Numbered from the stretch's first letter, positions 19,257 to 29,807 are shown. The stretch: DNA of 64,000 nt from Candidatus Thorarchaeota archaeon (GCA_011364985.1 RDOC01000003.1:128001-192000); one strand, 5' to 3'. Translations and numbers: made by a program. The notes: generated by a model not told the origin, from the letters alone.

Positions 19257-19622
19257 ATGGTGGATAAAGGCAAGATTGAACAAGTAGTAGCAGACACGAT
19301 GGCAGCAAACGAGAACCTTGAAGGAATTGTTGTATGTAATGCAAAGGGCGAGGTGCTATTTGGACACACCATAGCCGCAGGCGTTAAACACACTGACGTT
19401 GCATCACTGGCTGTCAAAATTGCTGCGAACTCATCTCAGCTGGCGGGTGGCTTGGATAAAGGAGGACTCAAGGAAGTATCAATCGCAGCGGACAACGGCT
19501 TTATCGTTGTATTGGGCGATGTCAGAATAGTCCTAGCAGGTATAGCAGGAGAAGGAGCGCGTGAGTCTATGGGGCTTATTCGAATGGCTCTGAAGCGCGC
19601 CTTATTGAAGATGCTTGAATGA
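19257..19622 (+). CDS. Roadblock/LC7 (profilin-like fold) protein
   Basis: LEGIVVCNAKGEVL and SMGLIRMALKRA pattern. Confidence 0.75.
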   Translation: MVDKGKIEQVVADTMAANENLEGIVVCNAKGEVLFGHTIAAGVKHTDVASLAVKIAANSSQLAGGLDKGGLKEVSIAADNGFIVVLGDVRIVLAGIAGEGARESMGLIRMALKRALLKMLE

Positions 19623-19815
19623 TGCATAGTGCTTCCAGCAACCGCAGAGCTACCTTTTTTTGGTGATATTTAGCTCAAGTAAATGCATACACTAATACCT
19701 GAATGATGTCTGGGTACTACCTAGGTAGTACCAACCGTATTAGGGATTGTGTATTATTTCCGAAATGGACAGGCCAGAGTATAGTATCGGAAGGAAAGTC
19801 GGAAGGGATTGCATC

Positions 19816-22800
19816 TTGGTCCATATTGACAAGCTCGTATGCAAGGGTTTCAAGTCATTTGGCCGAGAAACTGTTACTATCAATTTCAGTCCAGGATTTA
19901 CTTGCATTGTAGGCCCTAACGGATCAGGAAAGTCCAATGTCATCGATGCGATCCTTTTTGTTCTTGGGCAGCTAAGCGCCAAGACTCTTCGAGCAAATGT
20001 CTTCTCGGACCTTCTCTATTCTCCACCGAAACCAAATATGCCGCCGAAGGCAAGATCTGCACTAGTAGAGCTTCACTTTGATAATAGAGACCGAAAGCTG
20101 CAGATTGAAGCAGACCGAGTTGTAATTGAGAGAGAGCTTGATGATACTGGGAAATCTACCTGCAGAATAAACGGGAAGGTGGTTACGCGATCCTCAGTTC
20201 TTGAAGTACTAGGAGCCATAGGTGTCGATCCCAATGGATATAATCTTGTTCTTCAAGGAGAGATAGCACAGATTGTAAAGGTAAGCCCAATTGATCGTCG
20301 AAAGCTGATTGAAGAGATTGCAGGAATATCTGCCTACGATGAGCAAAAAGAGCGTGCTCTGAAGAAGCTTGCTGAGAGCGAATCAAATCTGGGCAAGGTA
20401 GAGATGCAACTTCAAGAAAGACGAAGGCAACTGGAAAAATTGGAAGAGGAACGTTCTGATGCCTTTCGTCACAAAAGCATCACAGAGAAGATCAAAGCTA
20501 TCTCAGCCGATAGCTATGCTTGGAGGATAGTAAAGTGCCGGAACCGAATCGAAACGATACATGAAACCCTTGCAGAAAGAGCCGAAGAAGCTGAGAAGCT
20601 GGAACGTGAACATGCAGAAGCTGAAAAGAAAGCAAAACAAACTGAAGAGCAAATCGATGCGATTGACACGGAGATTGATGGGATTACTGGTGGAGCATCA
20701 GCAAGAATTTCTGAACAATACGGAGTTGTTTCGGCGGCTGTTGACCATTTAAGAAGGGATTTGGAGAGAACAAGAATCGAGCTAGAGAATCTAACCGAAG
20801 AGAAGAGCTCTGTTCAGGTCGAAATGCAATCCATCAAGGACCAAGTTGAGGGCTCACTGGCGCTAACAGACGAAAAGGAACAAGAGCTTTCAAGGCTCAA
20901 TAATGAAATAGCCGAGTGCTCTAGAAAAGTAACTAGTTTAGAGGAGCATATTGAGAAAGAACAAGAGAGCATACTCGAAGCAACACAACGTTTGCAGGAC
21001 CTCAATAACCAGATGAGGATGCTTGACGAAGGTGTTTCTGAAGTGCGTTCGGCCATCAAAAGCGATAGCAAGGAGCTAGGAATGGCCTACGAGGAGCTTC
21101 AGGACTCCAAGAATCTCCTTGAAAGGACAGAAGATGAACTTGTGGAACTAAGAAGAATCATACCAGTCAAGCGCGAGGAACTGCAAAAATCGGAAGAGGA
21201 TGAGTCTGTTAAAAGAGTGAAAGTAGATGAACTTGAAAAGCGATTAAGGACCATTGATGAGGAGGAGCGAGAAGCAGGAAAGATTGTAAAAGCCACGCGG
21301 GAAGAGCTTATTCGAATTCAAGCAAGGCAAGATGCATTAAAGGATGCAGAAGAGGCATTTCTCAAGAAAAAACATGCCTTGGCACGTGTGCTTGAACTCC
21401 GTGATTCCAACACTATTTCCGGGATATATGGTACTGTTGCTGAACTTGGAGTGATCAATCCGGAATATGCCACCGCTATGGAGGTCGCAGGCGGCAACCG
21501 CCTTTCATATATCGTCGTGGAAAGCGATCATGCAGCCAGTGAATGCATTGATATTCTAAAGAGAGAGAGGGTGGGCCGTGCATCCTTCATTCCACTGAAT
21601 AAAATAAGAACAAAACAGTCAGGCAAGCTTCCTAGCGATAAGGGAGTGATTGGTTTTGCAATTGACTTAGTGAGTTTTGAACCGAAGATGAAGCCTGCTT
21701 TCGATTTCGTCTTTTCGGACACTATTGTCACTGAGAACTTCGAAACTGCGAAAAGGCTTGGTTTCAAAGGTATGAGAGCGGTTTCTCTGGAAGGAGACCT
21801 TGTTGAGAAATCAGGATTGATAACAGGGGGACATTATCATCGTACATCCGTAGGACTCTCTCTGCAGGAGAAGGACATTAGTCCACAGATTGCGGAGCGT
21901 TTGAAGGGTCTGGAAAAGGTACACAATGGGCTATTGGACCAACAAGAAGAACTGAGAAAGCAGAAGAGCATTTTTGATCATGAGATTCAAGATCTGTCAA
22001 AGACCAACTATAGAGCACAGCTGGAACTCGACGGGCTTGACGAACGCTTGAAAGAGAAGGAGAATCGGTCTGCAGTTCTGAAGGAGCGAATAGCAACAGC
22101 TGAAGTCACGATAGAGGCCTTGGAGAAGCAAATTGGTGAGCTAACAGAACGAGATAATGAACTATCGCAGCACCGGGAGATGGTGAGAGAACAAAGAGAT
22201 GATGTCAATGAGCAGCTGGCCAAGTCTGATACTGCCAAGCTTACTCAGTACATGAAAGACTTGAAGGAAGTAATGGAACGGCACAAACAGGAGCGCGAGG
22301 CCTTGATGAGCGAGATTACTTCCCTCAAGGTGGCCCTAGACGAAAGGCTGAAGCCGAAGCTGATGGAACTTGATTTGCGCCATCAATCCTTAGCCAAGGC
22401 AACTCCTGATCTAGAGATCAAAGTAAAGGAACTCAAAGATGAACTTGCCGAGAAAGAGGAAGAGTTCCTCAAGCTTAAGGCGGAACGTGATCAGATTGAT
22501 GAAGCCGTTAAGGACAAACGAGTTCTTCAGCTTGAACTGAAAGAGAAGCTTCGTAATTTCAGGCTGCGCCATGAGGAAATTCGAGAGGAACAGACAGCCA
22601 ATGAGAAAGCTGTATACCGGCTTCAGACTGAACAGTCACGCTTAGAAACGGATATCGTTGGTTTTGTGGCCGAACTCAATGAGATATCCCGCGCTGATGA
22701 GGAGGTTGCAAAGAGAACAACTCTAAGAGAGATTACATACAAGGAAATTGATGATTTTGAGGACAAAATCAAGGAACTGGAGAGGGAGCTGGAGGCATTA

Positions 22801-23406
22801 GGTCCTGTTAACCTAAAAGCCCTTACAGACTATGATCTTGAGAAAGACAAGTACGAAGAGATTGTTGATAAAAAGACCAAACTGGAGGAAGAGCATAAAG
22901 AAATCCTTGCCTTCATGGAAGAAATCGAAGCTGAGAAGACACGTAAGTTTCTGCAGGTCTATAATGAGATTGCAGACAATTTTGCGTCAGTGTTCTCCAA
23001 GCTCTCACCGGATGGAGAAGCCACGCTCATGCTTGAGAATCCAGAACATCCCTTAATGGGAGGGATTACTGTAAAATCAAAGCCTCGAGGAAAGGAACTC
23101 GTCACATTGGACGCAATGAGTGGTGGAGAGAAGACCATCACGGGACTTGCGCTGATTTTCGCCATCCAGATGTACAATCCTGCGAGCTTCTATATCTTTG
23201 ATGAGATAGACGCGGCTCTAGATGATGTAAATGCACATAATGTGGCGCTCTTAATAGCAGAGATGTCAAAGTCTTCCCAATTCGTGATTGTATCATTGAG
23301 AGACACAACTGTCAGCAAGGCTGACTTGTTGATAGGAGTATCAAATCAGGACGGCATCTCAAGAATCGTCAAAGTTGACCTTGAGGAGGTGGGCTCTGCA
23401 GCATGA
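19816..23406 (+). CDS. smc: Chromosome segregation protein SMC
   Basis: GFKSF, Walker A GPNGSGKSN, coiled coils, hinge, MSGGEK, FDEIDAALD; likely TTG start at 19816 (track start 19747). Confidence 0.97.
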   Translation: MVHIDKLVCKGFKSFGRETVTINFSPGFTCIVGPNGSGKSNVIDAILFVLGQLSAKTLRANVFSDLLYSPPKPNMPPKARSALVELHFDNRDRKLQIEADRVVIERELDDTGKSTCRINGKVVTRSSVLEVLGAIGVDPNGYNLVLQGEIAQIVKVSPIDRRKLIEEIAGISAYDEQKERALKKLAESESNLGKVEMQLQERRRQLEKLEEERSDAFRHKSITEKIKAISADSYAWRIVKCRNRIETIHETLAERAEEAEKLEREHAEAEKKAKQTEEQIDAIDTEIDGITGGASARISEQYGVVSAAVDHLRRDLERTRIELENLTEEKSSVQVEMQSIKDQVEGSLALTDEKEQELSRLNNEIAECSRKVTSLEEHIEKEQESILEATQRLQDLNNQMRMLDEGVSEVRSAIKSDSKELGMAYEELQDSKNLLERTEDELVELRRIIPVKREELQKSEEDESVKRVKVDELEKRLRTIDEEEREAGKIVKATREELIRIQARQDALKDAEEAFLKKKHALARVLELRDSNTISGIYGTVAELGVINPEYATAMEVAGGNRLSYIVVESDHAASECIDILKRERVGRASFIPLNKIRTKQSGKLPSDKGVIGFAIDLVSFEPKMKPAFDFVFSDTIVTENFETAKRLGFKGMRAVSLEGDLVEKSGLITGGHYHRTSVGLSLQEKDISPQIAERLKGLEKVHNGLLDQQEELRKQKSIFDHEIQDLSKTNYRAQLELDGLDERLKEKENRSAVLKERIATAEVTIEALEKQIGELTERDNELSQHREMVREQRDDVNEQLAKSDTAKLTQYMKDLKEVMERHKQEREALMSEITSLKVALDERLKPKLMELDLRHQSLAKATPDLEIKVKELKDELAEKEEEFLKLKAERDQIDEAVKDKRVLQLELKEKLRNFRLRHEEIREEQTANEKAVYRLQTEQSRLETDIVGFVAELNEISRADEEVAKRTTLREITYKEIDDFEDKIKELERELEALGPVNLKALTDYDLEKDKYEEIVDKKTKLEEEHKEILAFMEEIEAEKTRKFLQVYNEIADNFASVFSKLSPDGEATLMLENPEHPLMGGITVKSKPRGKELVTLDAMSGGEKTITGLALIFAIQMYNPASFYIFDEIDAALDDVNAHNVALLIAEMSKSSQFVIVSLRDTTVSKADLLIGVSNQDGISRIVKVDLEEVGSAA

Positions 23407-24110
23407 GTAATGATTTGCCATTCTGGGCCGCCCCACCGTATATACTCCTGACCGATGTCCTTCAGCTTGACAAAGTTAAACCATGGAACGTTGACGTGGG
23501 AAAGCTTGTTGCAGGCTTCCTCAGAGAGATGAGGAGAATTGGCGATATAGACTTCCGTGTATCAGGAAGTGCTCTTTATTCCGCGTCTGTGATCTTCATG
23601 AGAAAGACGCGTGAACTTGTGGAACTTGGTTTATTGTCTCCTGATGAGGATGATGAGGAAGAGGACCTTATCATTCCCTTAATACGACCTCCATTTAGGG
23701 TTTCTAATCAACGCGTCACATTAGAAGAGCTTCTTGTTGCTATGGACCGCGTTTTGAGCAAAGGTGTTCGTCAACGCTCAAGTCCTTCAAAGACTAGAAG
23801 ATATAGCACTAGGGCCGACCCCTTGGCCTTCAAAATGGAGAGCACGCGTGCAGATGTGGAGGAGAATATCGCAGAAGTCTATGATGACCTCTGCAAGGTG
23901 ATGAAGATAGGAGACGAATCCAGATTCGTAGATCTTCTTATGAACAACTCAAGAAGAGAGATTGTCAGAATGTTCTTTGCAATTCTACATCTCTTTGCCC
24001 GAACATTCATTGACATTTGGATGGATGACGAGGAAGTCATCTGGGTGAAGCTGTTGGAACCTCCTGTTGAGGAAGAGGAGGAAACAATACAGTCAGCTGT
24101 TGACGGGTAG
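23403..24110 (+). CDS. scpA: Segregation/condensation protein A (kleisin)
   Basis: KPWNVDV, FFAILHL C-terminal winged helix; overlaps the smc stop. Confidence 0.88.
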   Translation: MSNDLPFWAAPPYILLTDVLQLDKVKPWNVDVGKLVAGFLREMRRIGDIDFRVSGSALYSASVIFMRKTRELVELGLLSPDEDDEEEDLIIPLIRPPFRVSNQRVTLEELLVAMDRVLSKGVRQRSSPSKTRRYSTRADPLAFKMESTRADVEENIAEVYDDLCKVMKIGDESRFVDLLMNNSRREIVRMFFAILHLFARTFIDIWMDDEEVIWVKLLEPPVEEEEETIQSAVDG

Positions 24111-24680
24111 ATGGTTGAGGTGAATGAGGATCTGGTCAAACTGGAAGCGGCACTATATGTTGCAGGCCGTCCTGTCACTCTGGAAGAATTGTCGAACATA
24201 ATAGATAAGGCTGAATCCACCACGAGGAAGCTTCTTGAGAATCTTGGATTTGAGTATAGACAGCGAGAAGGCGCCTTGGAAGTGGTAGAACTTCCCAGAG
24301 AGAGATACGTACTACAGCTGAAGCCAGAACTGACACCAGGTGTTGCGAAGCTGATTCCAGGAGGCCTGCTTTCTTTTGCCACGCTCCAGACACTGGTATA
24401 CATTGCCCTAAAACAGCCAATCCTTCAGTCGGAACTCGTTGCTGAACGAGGAACGCATTGTTATGACCATATCAAAGAACTGATTGAGAAGAAGTTTGTT
24501 GATGCCGTTCCTGAGGGGCGAAGCAGGATTTTGACAACAACAGATCTCTTTGCAGACTACTTTGGACTAGACCCAGATAGAGTGCGGCTTAAGGCCCAAC
24601 TCAAATTCAAAATGAAACGTATACTCTCAGAACAACAGGAGCTTGAAGACCAAGCTGCTGCAGAGGAGTTTCTGAGATAA
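24111..24680 (+). CDS. scpB: Segregation/condensation protein B
   Basis: LEAALYVAGRPV, TLVYIALKQPI, TTDLFADYFGL. Confidence 0.93.
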   Translation: MVEVNEDLVKLEAALYVAGRPVTLEELSNIIDKAESTTRKLLENLGFEYRQREGALEVVELPRERYVLQLKPELTPGVAKLIPGGLLSFATLQTLVYIALKQPILQSELVAERGTHCYDHIKELIEKKFVDAVPEGRSRILTTTDLFADYFGLDPDRVRLKAQLKFKMKRILSEQQELEDQAAAEEFLR

Positions 24681-24705
24681 TCAAGGAGACTCTGCGTCTA
24701 CGCTT

Positions 24706-25725
24706 CTAACACACGCGTGGAACCGGTTCGCCATACGGCACCTGTATGATTTTCCTGCCTCCGACCTGAGTTCGCATTACGACTCGCCCTTCTCCTTCTC
24801 TGAAGGAACCAATCACCTTGGCATCCTTTGTAGTCTTGTGACGCCTTAGCGCTGTCAGAACATCCTGTGTCTTGAGCGGGTCCACAGACATCACTGCAGT
24901 ACCCTCGCAGCTCATATTCAAGGGGTTCAGTCCAAGGACTTCGCAAAGAGACTGTACCGCAGTGCGTAGCGGAATTAGCTCTTCTTCAATTTCTAGCTCT
25001 AGGTGCGATTTCAATGCAATTTCGTTCAAGGCAACGGCAGTCCCGCCTCTGGTTGGATCCTTCATTGCGTGAATACCTCCCACATCAAGACACTCTCGGA
25101 TTGGTGCCCACAAAGGCGCTACATCACTGATGAGGTCTGTATCGAATTTCAGGCCTTCACGATGAGCTAGCAGAGATGTCCCGTGGTCACCAATTGGGCC
25201 GGTTACAATGAGATCATCCTCTGCCAACGCCCCGCTGTCAGTTAGGGGAGCGTCGCCGTAGATAACGCCAATTCCAGTGGTAGACATAACGAGCTGGTCC
25301 AGAGTTCCTTTTGGCATCACCTTTGTATCGCCAGCAATCATCGCAACATCAAGTGGTTGAAGGATGTCATTCAGGGACTTCAAAATGGTTTTGAGCTGGT
25401 CAATCTCAAATCCCTCTTCAACTATGACTGTATTTGTCATTGCTACGGGTTGAGCTCCCATCACTGTGATATCATTGATGGTGCCACATGCAGTAAGAGA
25501 CCCTATGTTGCCTCCCGGAAAGAAGAGAGGCTGAACTGTATGGGCATCCGTGCAGACAATAAGACCAGTTCCATCAAGTTGGAGAGTTGCGCCGTCATCC
25601 ATCTCATCAAGACCAATTGGCCCAAGACGGCGTTTTGCAAAGGAGGGAATAATGATTTCTTCCAGCAGCTTTTGCATTATTTTTCCGCCGGCACCATGAG
25701 CGCTTTCAATCCTTGACATTGCCAA
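24706..25725 (-). CDS. hypE: Hydrogenase maturation protein HypE
   Basis: HGAGGK, PLFFPGGNIG, GDTKV, MKDPTRGG, terminal PRVC. Confidence 0.95.
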   Translation of the reverse strand: MAMSRIESAHGAGGKIMQKLLEEIIIPSFAKRRLGPIGLDEMDDGATLQLDGTGLIVCTDAHTVQPLFFPGGNIGSLTACGTINDITVMGAQPVAMTNTVIVEEGFEIDQLKTILKSLNDILQPLDVAMIAGDTKVMPKGTLDQLVMSTTGIGVIYGDAPLTDSGALAEDDLIVTGPIGDHGTSLLAHREGLKFDTDLISDVAPLWAPIRECLDVGGIHAMKDPTRGGTAVALNEIALKSHLELEIEEELIPLRTAVQSLCEVLGLNPLNMSCEGTAVMSVDPLKTQDVLTALRRHKTTKDAKVIGSFREGEGRVVMRTQVGGRKIIQVPYGEPVPRVC

Positions 25726-25867
25726 TCAACCTCTATCAATTCTCCACTCATCAGGCAGTCTATTTGAAGTGGACGATTTGTACACGAATCAGAATGTTTT
25801 GTCAGTAAGCAAGATTTAAAACCACTCCCAGGAGAGCGACAGTGACCTAACTAAGAGGTGGTCAGAA

Positions 25868-26245
25868 ATGGGTGTCTGGCATAGAAAATCTGGTCGTACA
25901 TCAAGTGGAGCCCGTCTGAAGAAATTCAGAAGCAAGAGAAAGCATGAGATGGGGCGCACTCCAACTGAAACATTGATGGGAGAGGCAAAAAGGAAGAAGA
26001 TGGATAGTAGGAGTGCACAGAAGAAGATGCCAGCCCTTCGCTTAGGAATGGTCAATGTTATAGATCCAAAGACTGGGAAAACCATCCGAGCGGAGATTGA
26101 AGATGTCGAGAACAATCCTGCAAACATGGACTATCAACGTCGCAAGGTAATCACACGAGGGACTATCATTAAAACCTCCAAAGGTCGTGCCAGGGTAACA
26201 AGCAGACCCGGACAAAGCGGCATACTTAATGCTGTTCTGATTTAG
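25868..26245 (+). CDS. rps8e: 30S ribosomal protein S8e
   Basis: KRKHEMGR, NPAN, VTSRPGQSGILNAVL. Confidence 0.96.
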   Translation: MGVWHRKSGRTSSGARLKKFRSKRKHEMGRTPTETLMGEAKRKKMDSRSAQKKMPALRLGMVNVIDPKTGKTIRAEIEDVENNPANMDYQRRKVITRGTIIKTSKGRARVTSRPGQSGILNAVLI

Positions 26246-26266
26246 CTGAATTATAGACTAGTAACA

Positions 26267-26653
26267 CTATGAGGCGTTGACCTCGGCCTCAATATTCGCT
26301 ATTATGAAGTCCTTGCCTCCTGTGAGAATTGTGTTACTACTATCACACTTCGGGCACCTCATTGGTGCAAAAACAGCTATTTGTGGCGGAAGATCAAGTG
26401 CTGCTTGACTCTCACCTTCATATCCACAATCATTGCATTTCAGTCGGCCTTTCACGAGGGTGATGTTAAGCTTGGCACCTTCCAAGAGAGTATTCTTACT
26501 GGCAATTTCGAAATTAAACTCAAGCTGTTCAGGAATAAGAAAAGTGAACTCGCCTACCTCAACATTCACAGCAGTGACTCTCTTCACATTATTGGCTTTT
26601 GCCGCGTGAACCGCTGCCTCAACTATTGACAGGGCCGCCGAATACTCGTGCAC
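26267..26653 (-). CDS. hypA: Hydrogenase nickel metallochaperone HypA
   Basis: (M)HEYSAA start (GTG at 26653), CNDC and CPKC Zn motifs. Confidence 0.93.
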   Translation of the reverse strand: MHEYSAALSIVEAAVHAAKANNVKRVTAVNVEVGEFTFLIPEQLEFNFEIASKNTLLEGAKLNITLVKGRLKCNDCGYEGESQAALDLPPQIAVFAPMRCPKCDSSNTILTGGKDFIIANIEAEVNAS

Positions 26654-26790
26654 AAGAATCACTCACATCACAAGGTGCGGCTTCGGTAGTTAAGGCGTTT
26701 CGGTTGTGGTACAAATTCATACGAGGCGTCTTTATATGAGCAGAGGCCCATGGCTTGCATTGGATTTCGGAGTACCAAGGTGGGAAAGAG

Positions 26791-27333
26791 TTGTCCAAAG
26801 CACCTCGAAAATCTAGCAAAGCCAAAGGAACAAAGAAGACATCAGACAAAGGAACTACTAAGAGCACGACAAAGAAAAAGCAGCTCAAGACAAAGGCTGA
26901 AAGAAAAACAACAACGAAGAAACCTCCAGTGAAGAAGAAGACAGAGGCCAAGCCCAAGAAGACACACTCATTGGCAGATGAGCTTGCCAAAGAGATACAC
27001 AGTGAAGACGAGCAGGTTTCTTTGGGTGCAATCGATGCCCTTGGCAAGGTAAAAGATCCCTCTGCAACTCAATATCTTATAGGCTGTTTGAACGACTCTC
27101 GATATTTGGTCAGAATATATGCTGCAATACAGCTAGGTGAACGAAAGGACAAGAAGGCTGTTGATTCACTCATTAAGGCTCTGGACGATGAATCGCTCTT
27201 TGTGCGTCAGACGATCGCTGGAGCTCTTGAAAACATTGGAGGTGAAAAGGCAACAGCAGCAGTGAAAGCGGCCGAGGAGAGAGGCTTGCTTCTAGACGAG
27301 CTACCTGAGGGGAAGAAACTCGGTTTCGAATAG
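26791..27333 (+). CDS. HEAT/PBS-lyase repeat protein with Lys/Thr-rich N-terminal tail
   Basis: Three HEAT repeats (VRIYAAIQLGE, VRQTIAGALEN); about 55-aa Lys-rich N-terminus; probable TTG start at 26791. Confidence 0.8.
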   Translation: MSKAPRKSSKAKGTKKTSDKGTTKSTTKKKQLKTKAERKTTTKKPPVKKKTEAKPKKTHSLADELAKEIHSEDEQVSLGAIDALGKVKDPSATQYLIGCLNDSRYLVRIYAAIQLGERKDKKAVDSLIKALDDESLFVRQTIAGALENIGGEKATAAVKAAEERGLLLDELPEGKKLGFE

Positions 27334-27334
27334 A

Positions 27335-28342
27335 CTATGAGTTCGTGTCTTCTACAATATGGATTATGTTTTCTCTTCCCTCTCGAAATCTACGAACTAG
27401 GCCACGCTCTTCTAAGCCCGCGAGAACTATGCTTATTTTAGACTGGGACGTATCCAAGTCGGTATATAGCTCCTTCTGTGAGCAGGACCCACCCTTAGAC
27501 TTGATTGTTTCAAGGATTTCCTTCTCTTCGTTTGTGACCCCTACAAATCGAACTGAACCTATTTGCCTCACTCGTCGAATAACTCGAGGGGTGACTAGGA
27601 CGATAACCGCGCCAAGAAACCCACCAAGGAGAAGAAAGAGAGAACTACACGGAAGGAAGGCTTGTGTGAGGGTTGCAGCTCCTGGTAGTTGGTACCTAAT
27701 TATGAAAGCTTGCTCCTGTCCAGCCTGAAGACTTCCTAAATTCCACAGGAAAATCAAGGAAGCCCCATCAGTGTAGTTTTCACTAGCCCTCGGGAATAGA
27801 GGCCCAGCGGTTTCCTGTGAAAGGGTAGCTCCCTCAGGAAGAATTACCCTAAAGATGAAGTTGCGAAATGTTGCTAGAGGACGAACATAGAATATGAAGT
27901 CACCTAAAAGATAGACACCGTCAAAGCTAGTGGCAGCGTCAGTCTGAAGATCAGTCATCTCAAGCTCCAGCTTCATTTCAGCAGATGAATTGGACGCCAA
28001 GCCGCCAAGAATTGGCAGTTGGATTAATGTGTAACGATCCTCAATACTTGCGGTGGCATCTGCATCTTGCCCCTCTATTTGCGAGGCTAGAATCTGTGTG
28101 GTTAGTGAGTCGACTCGAAGCATCACATTGGTTATTGCATCCGGTCCCAGATTGTGAATAGCTGCGGTGATCTCCATAGTGGTCGTTCCGCTCTCTGATA
28201 GTATGGCAGTGATATCAACGGAGTCAAACTCAACGATACTTGTCTGAGCTAAGGCAACAGGAATCTGAAAGGAAGCCGCAACCGGAAATAGCAGTAGAAA
28301 CGTCATCAGTATTAATCCAATTCGTTTCAAGTACACGACCAC
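27335..28342 (-). CDS. Membrane-anchored protein with C-terminal winged HTH (MarR-like)
   Basis: Signal peptide, beta-rich ectodomain, TM helix, then EKEILETIKSKGGSCSQKELY...SQSKISIVLAGLEERGLV. Confidence 0.8.
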   Translation of the reverse strand: MVVYLKRIGLILMTFLLLFPVAASFQIPVALAQTSIVEFDSVDITAILSESGTTTMEITAAIHNLGPDAITNVMLRVDSLTTQILASQIEGQDADATASIEDRYTLIQLPILGGLASNSSAEMKLELEMTDLQTDAATSFDGVYLLGDFIFYVRPLATFRNFIFRVILPEGATLSQETAGPLFPRASENYTDGASLIFLWNLGSLQAGQEQAFIIRYQLPGAATLTQAFLPCSSLFLLLGGFLGAVIVLVTPRVIRRVRQIGSVRFVGVTNEEKEILETIKSKGGSCSQKELYTDLDTSQSKISIVLAGLEERGLVRRFREGRENIIHIVEDTNS

Positions 28343-28413
28343 CGTTAGTAGCCCACTTCACGCATTTGTGAATATGAAAGAACCGGATGTTGCATAATTT
28401 AAGAAAGAAAGAG

Positions 28414-28435
28414 GATAGTGGCGGCAGCCACTATC
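28414..28435 (-). terminator. Hairpin plus T-rich tract
   Basis: GATAGTGGC-GGCA-GCCACTATC inverted repeat just past the stop of the 28447-29610 gene. Confidence 0.5.
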
Positions 28436-28446
28436 TGAGGTTTCAA

Positions 28447-29610
28447 CTATCTCCTACGAAGAACAATTGCTGCTAGAGCAACAATGGCAACTGCACCTAT
28501 TCCAAGAACAAGAACTTGTTCCGAGAGGAGGCCAATCAGAGGCGTGCCGTTCTCATCAACACCAATAGATGGATCATGCAGCAAGGTTCCATTATCGAAG
28601 TTGGGGTAAGCGAGGTAAACAGCCAAACCAGTACCATAAGGTACGTAGGATGCGGTTACGTTGACTGCCTCCTGCTCGCCGCCCAGCCAGGTGATAACTG
28701 CTGTATCAACCCAGCGAAAGAAACCTTGAGCAACATCTGTAATTGAATCGACCATATCAATCTGTTGAACATCACTTCCAGTCATAGTCTCAAATCGGGT
28801 TTCGTTACCGTCTTCAGTATTCCAGTTCATATCCGATGTCATGGTCACATTGCGATTTCGCTCTCTGGTTTCAAACCTATGACGAAGCAGATTGCCATCC
28901 TCTCTCGACAGGCCTTCATGTAGATGAGTCTGTATGGCCACCATTGAGGTCTCCGATGAGAATGGAAAGTTCCCAATCTCGATATCCATCTTCAGTTCGG
29001 TGCCACCCTCAACAAGGTAGTATGCACGGGTGCCATTGCTATCCACAACCTCACCAGAGTAGTCCTCAAGATAGACGTGAGCCCATATCTGAAGTGTAAC
29101 ATCCTCAAAGGTTTCGATTGCTCCGGTTCCAAGCATTGGTCGTTCGGGGTCATGGGGAGCCATGACTCGATATGTCTTAATCGCACCCTTGGTGTACTTT
29201 AGCCAGATTTCGGTGGTTAGGCCATTATCTTCAACGGTCCCCACTTGTAGAGTCCATTCGTATGCAGAAAGAGATGCAAACTGAATCACCTCGTCTTGCT
29301 GAAACGCTCCATCAGCGTTCTCGTCCTCAAACTCAATGAGCGTTGTATATCCTGCTTTGAACAAGGCAAAAGACCCGTTTTGATCATTCGTGTACCAGAA
29401 GTGGAACATTGGAAACTCGGCATTAGCCTTTATAGAGATGATATCTGTGAAGATAGTCACAGTACCGTCATTTCCTCTCTGGTAGCGCGGCATTCGTCGC
29501 ATATCAGGCTGATTAGGACCATTTGCCTGAGCGTTTACGGTGACCACCATCGGCTCTAGGACAAAGAGCGCGAGTAGCAGTCCAAGCATTAGTGTGGTTC
29601 GTTTGTTCAT
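28447..29610 (-). CDS. Secreted/cell-surface protein with C-terminal TM anchor
   Basis: Signal peptide, LLHDPSIGV motif, terminal TM helix + RRR. Confidence 0.8.
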   Translation of the reverse strand: MNKRTTLMLGLLLALFVLEPMVVTVNAQANGPNQPDMRRMPRYQRGNDGTVTIFTDIISIKANAEFPMFHFWYTNDQNGSFALFKAGYTTLIEFEDENADGAFQQDEVIQFASLSAYEWTLQVGTVEDNGLTTEIWLKYTKGAIKTYRVMAPHDPERPMLGTGAIETFEDVTLQIWAHVYLEDYSGEVVDSNGTRAYYLVEGGTELKMDIEIGNFPFSSETSMVAIQTHLHEGLSREDGNLLRHRFETRERNRNVTMTSDMNWNTEDGNETRFETMTGSDVQQIDMVDSITDVAQGFFRWVDTAVITWLGGEQEAVNVTASYVPYGTGLAVYLAYPNFDNGTLLHDPSIGVDENGTPLIGLLSEQVLVLGIGAVAIVALAAIVLRRR

Positions 29611-29807
29611 TTGTCACACCTGACTCGCAACCCCTTATCTTGATATATAACGACTTTTTTACAGAATAAGTTGATCTGTCCTGAAAAGAAGGCTATTGTG
29701 CCGTTTACTGACAGTAAAGGCTTTATGAATCCTTCAAATGGTTGGAATAATGAGGCCGATACAAACAAAAGCGTGTTCGTAGTGAGTTGCGTCTTTGGAG
29801 AGATTCG

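Noticed and set aside
24108-24113. scpA TAG directly followed by in-frame scpB ATG (fusion by read-through)
   Set aside because: Ordinary tight operon spacing; both proteins are full length
26791-27333. HEAT protein as deoxyhypusine hydroxylase partner of dys
   Set aside because: It lacks the His-Glu iron-binding motifs and has too few repeats
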